Below are positions 53,569-64,000 of a DNA stretch of 64,000 nucleotides, one piece after another (within the stretch, counting starts at the first letter, position 1; every line of letters begins with the position of its first letter). The position numbers and the translations under genes were made by a program. The DNA is from Eledone cirrhosa (Eukaryota), in assembly GCA_964016885.1 (NCBI GenBank), contig OZ024745.1, positions 54,622,001-54,686,000 of the forward strand, given 5' to 3'. Under the pieces are notes generated by a model, which was not told where the DNA came from, made no database searches, and was given only the letters and a program-made list of their open reading frames with translations.

Positions 53569-54026
53569 TGTATGTAGGTATAAATACATCCTTCTTAGAT
53601 AGACAAATGTATGGTCAGTTGAAATTAGGGAGATGCTTAGACGCATTTAGATGGATACATACAGAAAAATCATATATTCTTGCAATAAACTGCCATATCG
53701 CTTCTATTTATAGCACATAAACAAAACTGTCGTTCATATATTGGTCAAATTCGCGGGAAACGTGTAATATGGTGTACTGGAAAACGTTAATATGGTGTAC
53801 TGGAAAACATGAAAATCTGAGTCACAATGCTGAAGCGCTAACAAACTATATACATGTATCTATCTATGTATGTATGTAAGTATGTATGAATGTATGTGTG
53901 GATCTATCTATGTATGTATGCATGTATCAATGGATAAATAGATGCACACATTCAGGCATAGAATCACACCCACACACAAACTCACAAGCACACACATTCA
54001 CACACAGATACATACACACAAATAAA

Positions 54027-54065
<39 letters not shown>

Positions 54066-54160
54066 GTATATGTGTGTGTATATATATGTACATATATATA
54101 TATAATATATATATGTATATATACATATATAAATATACATACATATATACATATATATAT

Positions 54161-54244
<84 letters not shown>

Positions 54245-54673
54245 ATAGATATCATAGATTAATATGCGTTCTTTGTTTGATGTCTCGTAAAATACGGTAT
54301 ATTTTCCAATATTTATTTTCTGTGTACGATTGTACACATACCTTTACCATTCAACATCCGTGCGTTTATGTGTGAGTTTCTCTTTTACTTTTCGTTTTAT
54401 ATCTTTAAAAGGATGAATTTTTAGAAAATTAATAAATGGAAATAGCGCGTCCTACTTTTTGTTTTTTTATAAAAAACAGCAGGAACAAAAAAACGCCCCC
54501 CCCCCCCCCCCCAAAAAAAAAAAACAACGCGAAGCATAACAGAACAAATATTCAACCTCTGAAGTTCACTAACATTTATTTATTCTGAATAAAGACTAAA
54601 ATAAAAAAAAATTGAAAATACAAGAGAACCCCCCCCCCCACCATATTCTATAAAATAAAAGACTAGGAAAACA

Positions 54674-54704
<31 letters not shown>

Positions 54705-54750
54705 AATATATATAGAGAGACAGAGAGAGAAAGAGAGAGATTTATTTATA

Positions 54751-54806
<56 letters not shown>

Positions 54807-55477
54807 ACATTTATATATGTAAACTCCCCCTACACACACCCATATATATATAGATGAACGCTCACAATTTAATATCTTTGTAAAAGAATATTTAACATCA
54901 CTGTTATGTATAGCAAACTTGCGCAAGCTTTCAGACGTGTGCTTTTCTGTTCCCTATGTTGAGAGGATATATATATATATATATACACAATGAAATGCAT
55001 ATCCAGCCAGCCACATACATACACACACAGTCATACACCCACCGTCAAAACCACACACACACACACAAATATACACACGTACGTATATATATATATATAT
55101 ATATATATGTTTCTGATTGTGAGTTTGTATATTATTTTATGTCGAATGTAAACTGTACATGCGCGTATGTTTAAATGTGTAAGTGCGTGACAGTGCTCAT
55201 TCGTGTATATGCCAGCCCGTTGTTATATTCTAGAATGAATTTAGAGTTCTTGTGTTTGTAGGCATATCATTATTCCTACACGAATGAATGGAAAGCTTAT
55301 GACATTCCTTTAAAAATTATTGTCTGATATAATAAATTCATAAGCAACTTCAAATACACATACACGCAAACACACACACTTATTTATTTATATATATGTA
55401 AATATATATATGCAGTTACATAAATACATACACCCCCCCCCACACACACATATATATATACATATATATATATCTTT

Positions 55478-55541
<64 letters not shown>

Positions 55542-55649
55542 TACTTGAAATATCAAAATGTCAATTCCGAGAGGCACTTCATAGTTTTACTGCCGACTGA
55601 ACCACAGCCGGTATGAAAATCAGTATTGCAAAGACTGAGAAATTCGTCT

Positions 55650-56170
55650 TCTGAAAAAAACCTTCGCAGTGCACACTATGAGTGGTGTTCTGCTGAAGCA
55701 GGCGGAGAAGTACAAGATCTCGGGGTCGTGTCCCCGTGTGATGGAAGGCAGGAGGCTGAATAAAGTGCAATCATTGCAAGAGCTGTCATAGTAATGCACA
55801 AACATTTCTTCAACAGAATAACGGAGGTATGTGTAAAAGCCAAACATGCTATTATCAATTTGCTATTCGTGCCAAGTATGGTCAGGAATATTGGTTAATG
55901 ACCGAATGTAAAGGATTGTGAATACAAGCAGCCAAAATGACGTTCATCCGAAGGATCTTAGGCGTAACGTAACTCGATAGAGTATGTAGCCCGGACTTAA
56001 GAGAGTCGCCCCCTGTAGAGCCGTTAGAGATCACATCTCATTTATTACTAACATGTATTTTGAATGTGTCAGGAAAACTAATCTCTGGAAAGATTTTACG
56101 GGTAAACCAAGCGGTATTATCACCCAAGGGTAGAACCTGAGCAACATAGTTGTATATCCATTGAAGTAAG
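55650..56170 (+). mobile_element. Decayed RTE-like 3' fragment
   Basis: YKDLGVV..CDG, YGQEYWLMTE, IQAAKMTFIRRILGVT; related to 62260-62600. Confidence 0.65.
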
Positions 56171-56387
56171 AAAGAGCGTATATAGATAAATACAAGATAT
56201 TTTGTGGAATAATTGGTGGCTGGACTATTCGGTGAAGCGTAGCAAATTTTTATTAGATTTTATCAGATTTTATTAGCTATCGTAATATTTTCGAATCACG
56301 CGTAGAGATAAATGTAGTATATCAATAAGTAATTGATAATCAACAACGAAAGCAACAGCTACTACTACATATACTGATAATAATAAT

Positions 56388-57045
56388 AGGGTTTCTGATT
56401 TAGGCAAAGGGCCAATCCTTTCGGGAGATGGAGAGAGCCAATTGAATCGACCGTAATGCGTTACTGGTGATTTATCTCCTTGACTCGGTCAGGATGATAG
56501 GTAAGACAAACCTCATCGAGATTTGATCTCAGAACGTAAAAGGATGTAACTCTGTGCCACAAACCATGCTGTCGGACGTTCTCCCGATACTGCTAATCCA
56601 CCGTTATTACATACTATTGGCAGTATCGGTAGAGGGTCGGACGCCATGCTTTCCAGCATAGTTACGTCCCTTTACGATCTGAGTTCAAATCCCGCCGAGG
56701 TTGACTTTGCCTTTCATCCTTACGGGGTCGATAAAATAAAGTACCAGTAATGCACTGGGTAATTGCTGGCCTTGTGCCTAAAGTAGAAACAGTTATTACA
56801 TACTACTAGTACTGCAACTAGTAATAATTGGTTCTACTTTAGACACAAGGCCAGTAATTCTTTTTGTGGGGGATGGGAAAGTCGATGAAATCGATCCAAG
56901 TGCATTATTGGTGCTTTATTTTATTGACTCCGTAAGGATGAAAGGCGAGCTAGCCTCGGTAGGATTTGATTGCAGAACGTAAAGTGACATAATTCTATTC
57001 CACAAAATATGTTGTCTGACGCATTACCGATACACCGCTCTCTAA
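56388..57045. mobile_element. Cluster of three SINEs: old (-) 56388-56603, young (+) 56617-56797, old (-) 56825-57045
   Basis: B-box and GGATGAAAGG/CCTTTCATCC body in each. Confidence 0.85.
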
Positions 57046-57271
57046 CACTACTACTACTGTCATGACTGCTAATAATTATTAATAATAAAAATAATAATAA
57101 TATTTTGTTATTAAACAAAAAGACACTTGCAGTTTCAGATGTAATATCTCTATTGAGAATAGAATTCATATATATACATACATATATGCATATATATACA
57201 CATGTGTGTCTGTGTGTGTATCATATTTAACTATATATATATATATATATATGTGTGTCTGTGTGTGTATC

Positions 57272-57303
<32 letters not shown>

Positions 57304-58103
57304 TCGACATTAAACCATTAAACATTTATGTTCTCTCTTATTGTATTCTCTTGTTATTGTTCAAGTCCACTTGCAGATGAAAACTTCATCAAATATTTGC
57401 TAAAATATATTACGTATAATATATTTTCTTTGGATCAGTCGATTGTTCAAACAGTGACGAGATGAAATAAATGATGGAATCGTATAAATGTTTTCATGCA
57501 TTCGATAATCCAATATTTAATTTCCATTCTTTGTATTGCCTCTCACACGAGGTTCTGCATTTTTTTTTTACCAGATACTGGTACGTGAACCAATATCTAC
57601 AGTGTAAATCATGTAACTATGCATAAATGTACAAATATGAAGTTTCGTTATCTATTGCAATGCAATTTCATTTCAGTGGTGGTAGTAAATTTTGAAGTTA
57701 TTGTTGTTTATTACCTACATTTATCCCTCCGCACTTGATTTAAAAGAACTATTAACTGAATAGGTCTGAACATGCTCTCCATGCATTTGTTTCATGGGTC
57801 ATGATCTAATCATACATTATCAATGTATATTTAGTTATATATTGTAGATAGTATATTGTGATTTAATAGAAACTTGGCTCTTATTTTAGACAGGTCAAAC
57901 GATTACATAGAATTTCCTCTCTTGTCTTGTGTTGAGAATAATCCCATATTTATACACACTTCAGTTGAAACAATATTGTAAATCACTTCAGTTACACATT
58001 CAGCTGTATCAACGTTATCAAGTGCATTACTTCCACGAATTAAATTGTGTCACAAGTTGCTTAGGAAAGTTGGTAACATTTTGGAGATGATTATGAATAT
58101 ATA

Positions 58104-58221
58104 CTGAGTTCAAATCCCGCCGAGTTTGACTTTGCCCTTCATCCTTACGGGGTCAATAAAATAAAGTACCAGTAATGCACTGGGTAAATGCTGGGCTTGT
58201 GCCTGAAGTAGAAACAATTAT
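58104..58221 (+). mobile_element. 5'-truncated SINE
   Basis: Starts at B-box CTGAGTTCAAATCCCGCCGAG. Confidence 0.85.
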
Positions 58222-59518
58222 GAATATATACTTCGTCTAAAAGTTTCCTCTTGATTGTGACAGAACATTTCCAGCTAGAACAACCCAAATGAACTCCCAC
58301 GTTTCTTTCGTACACATTGATACCATGCAATAAATCCGGGGACCGCTGTACGTAACAAAGGAGAAATTATGTCGGACCGCTTTCTCTTCATGTGCTTTGC
58401 CATCGAATCCTAGGGATTTCCTGGTCCACAAACCGGCGTTTTCCTCCTGTCTGAAGAAAGCACTCCCCTGAAGTAGTGTGCCCGATGCAGCAAGTGATGC
58501 TGGTTGTTCTCATTACAGGGAACAGTTCGTCATCGTAGTGAATCCTCTAAGGTATAAGAAGAATATAAATACCTGTTCAGAGAAATTTTGTCCATCCATC
58601 TTCCCTCATTCCTCATCAAACCAGTATAGTACAATAAAAAAATGAAAAGCCTAAAATGTCGCTAGAAATAGCAATCACTATTTTATATTGCACCATGGTG
58701 TGGATAAAATTTCTCTCAACAGGTATTTACATTGTTCGTACACCTTACAGATTTCCTTCGATGAGGAACAGTTCTGGTAATGATGGCCATATTAATCTAT
58801 TGGAATTGTCGTATTTATTCTTCATGAAGTGTTCTTTAGAGTACTTTACTGGGATCTAACCTTCAGTGATTTTGTATAAGATATTCTATATATATTTGAT
58901 TCTCTGAATGAGATCGTTTTAGAGATCCCTTTTCACTAAGATATAATATATTCGTAACAAATGTATTAATACACACACACATACACACACACACACAAAC
59001 ACACAGACACACAGACACACACACACACAGACACACAGACACACACACACACAGACACCCACACACCCACACACACACACATATATATATATATCAAAGA
59101 ATTAGACATTTGAACTGTCACAACTTAAATAAAATGAGTGTTGACATTTACTAAATATGATCTGATAACAATTCTTACCTGTAATATATTGCGGCTACTT
59201 CAAAGGAATAATTTACACTTTTGTAAAACCATCTCTTGAATAAGTGGAATTAGTGGATATATTCCAGACAATGTTTAAAACATAATAAAAAATAATTAAA
59301 AGATAAATGCAAACAATTGAGCAAAGTATGATCTACATTTAAAAAATCCGGATACGTGCATAAAAGTAGCAAAATAGATGAAACACAAATAACAATGCTA
59401 TCGCAAATATAATACATTAAAAAAGAACACCGCCACCAAAATACCGACGAACACCATCAAAGCTAAAACATTAATACCAACATCCACACATGCGCATATG
59501 CACATGTACACTCACACG

Positions 59519-59655
<137 letters not shown>

Positions 59656-60007
59656 CCATATGCATATATGTATTCAGCCATATATTATAAAAAAAAAAAC
59701 AAAGTAACATCGAACGTTCTGTGATGAGAAAGAACAGATTTAGTTAATCACGATAAAATTGGCAGAGATTCAAGATGTCAATTATGTCATCAATGGTGAC
59801 CGGAAAAATATATAAATGAAAGCCGAGCTTCTCATTACAGTTAGATTAATTACCTGAAGCTAGTTTTCGTTCAATTACCCTACATATGTAGCCATTTCCC
59901 ATAATGAACGGTTAGCCAACGGTGGCATATAATTTAGTGCAGAACTGTATTAACTTTTGTAACATCATTATTCGAACTGAATTATGTGTACACCGTGTTC
60001 GGTGAGA

Positions 60008-60053
<46 letters not shown>

Positions 60054-60257
60054 TTATATATATACAATATATACATTTATATATATCTGTGTGTGTGTGT
60101 TTTTGCGTGCGTGTGTATGTGCACAGATGGATATATGATTTGAATAGTGTACTCTGTACGAAATAGTGCAATATAAATTCGGAATTTCGATTCTGACATT
60201 CGAATAAACATATATACATACAGATATATGTACACACACACACACACATACACACAC

Positions 60258-60415
<158 letters not shown>

Positions 60416-60771
60416 ACACACATATGTGAAGACTAAAGTCCGAACCTTATCGAGCCCTCTTTGGATTTTAGTCTTCACATTTATTATATATATATATATA
60501 TATATTTATAACATATGCTAATACTTGGAATATAACCCTATTGTATAGCTTCTCCGTGTTAATCGTCATCCATTCGTTATTAATACTCCAGGAACAGCTT
60601 ACCTAGGAATTGTCCGATATCGGCCCTCCGAACAACGCAACTAAGTAAACATCTTGTTGAGCCAACCAACGTCGCACGTTAACATCTTCCACGGTACAGA
60701 TTACTTATAACCTCTCATTGCATAACCTTAAACGTTACCTCGTTTACTTTGATATATATATATATATATAT

Positions 60772-60925
60772 ATAATTGTTTCTACTTTAGGCACAAGGCC
60801 AGCAATTACCCAATGCATTACTGGTACTTTATTTTATCGACCCCGTAAGGATGAAAGGCAAAGTCAACCTCGGCGGGATTTGAACTCAGATCGTAAAGGG
60901 ACGTAACTATGCTGGAAAGCATGAC

Positions 60926-60929
<4 letters not shown>
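60772..60929 (-). mobile_element. tRNA-derived SINE (head truncated by (TA)n)
   Basis: Near-consensus body and tail. Confidence 0.9.
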
Positions 60930-60997
<68 letters not shown>

Positions 60998-61499
60998 CAT
61001 TGGTGTACGAAACAGGTTTTATCTTATATTCTTGCTTCTGCCTCTCATCTGCCTGTAGCTTACTCTTGTTACTTTTCCCTGAAAGGCACCCTGTACAAAA
61101 GCGACACAACAAACTATACATACATCTATTTGTGATGGTCAAGTTTAGCCTCCTAACTGATTGCATTTATCGTTATTTTTGTTTTAATCTATGCCCAAAT
61201 ACACTTGGCCGATTTATTTATGATGACACATTTTCTTAACTCTGTGTTTACTCTGGACGAAAATGTATTAACTTTTCGCTTCATTGAGTACTGGAAGTGT
61301 ATTAAAATTCCGCACCATTGAGTGCTTTATAGCTGCCCCAAACAATTCGATTGGTATCTGCTATCAACAACGCATCTGAGGTTCTCTTCTCTTCAGAGAG
61401 GTGCATCGTCGCCAAGTGATGAGAATAATTTGCTGATCTCCTAAACCCGATCACAACAGCATCTTTTGAGGTACACGAGGTGCACTTGGGAGTAGTGAC

Positions 61500-62890
61500 T
61501 AATCTCACAGAGGCTGAAATCACCAGATTATTTAAAGAGCTCAAATGTGGCAAGAGATATTAAAAGCCTTAAATAGAGAAGTTATTCTCTGGCTGAATCT
61601 TGTGTGCCGCGTGGACTGGATCTCTGCAAAGGCACCCAAGCAATGGCAAGCGGGAGAGATAATCTCAATTTTCTAAAAGGGAGACAAGAGAGATTGTTCC
61701 AATTGAAGAGGCATCTCCATTTTAAACCTCCGCGGTAAAGTCTATGCTACGTGTCTGGCAAAGAGATGCAGGGCAGGGAGGTTGTTGAGCTGATGAACTA
61801 TGTGGTTTTCGCCCCGGATGCAGCACAGTTGACCACAGGTCTTCGAGAAATTGTGGGAGTATTGCAAAGATGTATATTCTTCTTTTGTCGACCTTGAAAA
61901 GGCATATGACCGCGTTCCTTGGGACATGCTATAGGGGTTTATGCAGGCGTATAAGATTTGATCAACTTCTTGCTGTTCTGATGTGTGAATGCCCAAGTAT
62001 TTGTGTACGGATTAATTGTGATATATAGAAACCAGGCAATGTGGGAATCGGACTCCACCAAGGGTCCTTACTGTTATCTTTCCTGTTTATACGAACAAGA
62101 TTGACATGTACTACTGGGTTGGAAGTTGTATCACGACTTGCGTGTGTAAAATCAGTCGCTGGTAATTGACTCGACAGAAGGTGCTGCGAAAACTGAGACA
62201 CAATTCGTATCATGTAAGCCTACACAGTTCACTCTACCTGTGAATAGAGCTCCACTGCAGCAAGTAGAGAGCTACAAGTATCTTGGAGCTGAGTTCACGA
62301 GTGATGGATGGATGGATGCTGAGTTAATTGTAAAAATTGCAGCAGCTAGTGCAGTAATGCCCCATTTCAGCTCTCGCTAATTAAAAGAAGGGAGGTAAGC
62401 GTAAACGCCAAACTCACTATCTTTAATTTGAGATTCATGTCAACCCTTTCCTATGGTCATGAATCTTGGGTAGTGATAAAAATAATACGATCGGGAATAC
62501 AAGCGGCCGAAATGGGGTTCCTCCGAAGTAACGTTATTCGATAGAGTGAGTAGCTTGGAGATCAGAGAGTCACCCCCTACTTCTCCGAATTGAGAGATCA
62601 CAGCTCCGATACTATGGGCATATCTCCCATAGAATATCTCAGGAAAGAATTGCTGGTCAGATTTTACGGGAAAAACCAATCGGCAGGTTACCCAGGTGGA
62701 TGGTTAGATAACTTCCATGAGATTGGTTGGTCTTGCTTGAGGAAACAGCCGGATCTGCTGGAGACAGTTGCTTTTGACAGGACCCGCTTGAAGGACTGTT
62801 TGCAGACTCTGCCTCCACGAAGAAGAAGAAGAAGAAGAAGAAGAAGAAGAAGAAGAAGAAGAAGAAGAAGAAGAAGAAGAAGAAGAAGAA
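61500..62890 (+). mobile_element. Decayed 5'-truncated RTE-clade LINE with (GAA)n tail
   Basis: CGFRPG, FVDLEKAYDRVPW, GLHQG, QVESYKYLG.EFTSDG, YGHESW, IQAAEMGFLR; (GAA)n at 62819-62890. Confidence 0.82.
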
Positions 62891-62899
62891 AGGAAAGTC

Positions 62900-63273
62900 T
62901 ATTAAATCGACCCCAGTACGTAACAAGTACTTTATTTTATTGATCCCTTAAGGGTGAAAGACAAGGTAACCTCAGCGTGATTTGTTTGAACTCCGAAAGT
63001 AAAGGGCTGCAACACTATGCTGTAAAGCATGTTGTCTGAATCTGTATCGCTACTGCAAAAATCCCCCACCCTTATAATAATAATAATAATTGTTTCTACT
63101 TTTGGAACAAGGCCAGCAATTATCCAGTACATTACTGGTACTTTATTTTATCGATCCCGTAAGGATGAAAGGCAAAGTTAACCTCGTCGGGATTTGAAAT
63201 CAGATCATAAAGGGACGTAACTCTATGCTTCAAAGAATGTTATCCGACGCTCTCTTGATGCTGCCATTCCACA
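62900..63273 (-). mobile_element. Two tandem SINEs: old 62900-63070, younger 63087-63273
   Basis: GTACTTTATTTTAT.GA.CC..AAGG.TGAAAG body and B-box in both. Confidence 0.85.
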
Positions 63274-63369
63274 CTGATTTCTTTTATTAGCTACAGCGTC
63301 GCAAGATATTGGAGACCACAGTAGGAGAAAAAAAACCCAGGGGAAAATGGACATAACCAACATAAAAAC

Positions 63370-63412
<43 letters not shown>

Positions 63413-64000
63413 AGGTTAACAAAAAGAATGAGAATATAGGAATATAAAGGATATTTTACAATATCACATTACACGTTATGCTTACGTAATTCTATGTATG
63501 TTGTACAGGAGTGGATCTCATATACGATCTTCGATAATATTCTCATCTTTATTTTAGTGGTATGAGATTCAGAACTTTTGTCAAAAGTCGATTATAATTC
63601 ACGAATAGCAAGCATATATATTCTTGATAGATTGATTGATAGTCGACCTCGTTATCTACGTGAAAAATTGTATACTTTGAACCGGAAATTAAACATGCAA
63701 TAGTAAACGATAATAATTTTCTTTCTTTATGTCTTTAGAAATTTTAAATTTACAATGTTTAGTATTTTCATTTATATCTTGCTAAAATTTTCTTGTGAAA
63801 TTTCTCATTGAATTTGTTCGGGGGTTTCTTATCGATGTGTTATTTTATCAATAGTTTATTTTCGTTTCTTTCTTTCAAATATCGTACATGTGTTTGTTTC
63901 TGGAGAGTTCATTGTTATAGATCTTATTGAAACGTATCCAATGTTTGCCCGTAAAGGGTTTATTATTCTAACTTTCAACGAATATGCAAGAAAACGAAGC

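Noticed and set aside
58237-58730. ORF 58237-58431 as a host exon
   Set aside because: Weak resemblance to a decayed Tc1/mariner catalytic region with a nearby old inverted repeat; insufficient evidence for either call.

Overview
This is eukaryotic, AT-rich, microsatellite-saturated DNA with no recognisable host gene exon. The dominant tRNA-derived SINE resembles repeats I recall from octopod cephalopods (inference, unverified). Most ORF-track entries are translations of (TA)n/(CA)n tracts. Real coding content is transposon-derived. A LINE cluster at 6.4-18.6 kb holds a full-length L1/Tx1-like element (-), a 5'-truncated R4/Dong-like RT-RLE element (+) sharing one (TAA)n array with it, and a near-intact RTE-like element (-). 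Elsewhere there is an internally deleted mariner, a second Tx1-like copy with a 20-bp TSD, decayed RTE and CR1/L2 pieces, several Penelope-like (PLE) RT/GIY-YIG fragments and about 12 SINEs. The least obvious signal is non-coding: more than a dozen type I hammerhead ribozyme (HHR) motifs. They occur (i) once per unit in a 435-470 bp tandem array at 37.7-38.9 kb that looks like a retrozyme, (ii) in a dispersed family with covarying stem II, (iii) as candidates with unusually long (~95-105 nt) domain II, and (iv) repeatedly inside 100-600 bp inverted repeats. All structures were paired by eye; none was computed or tested.
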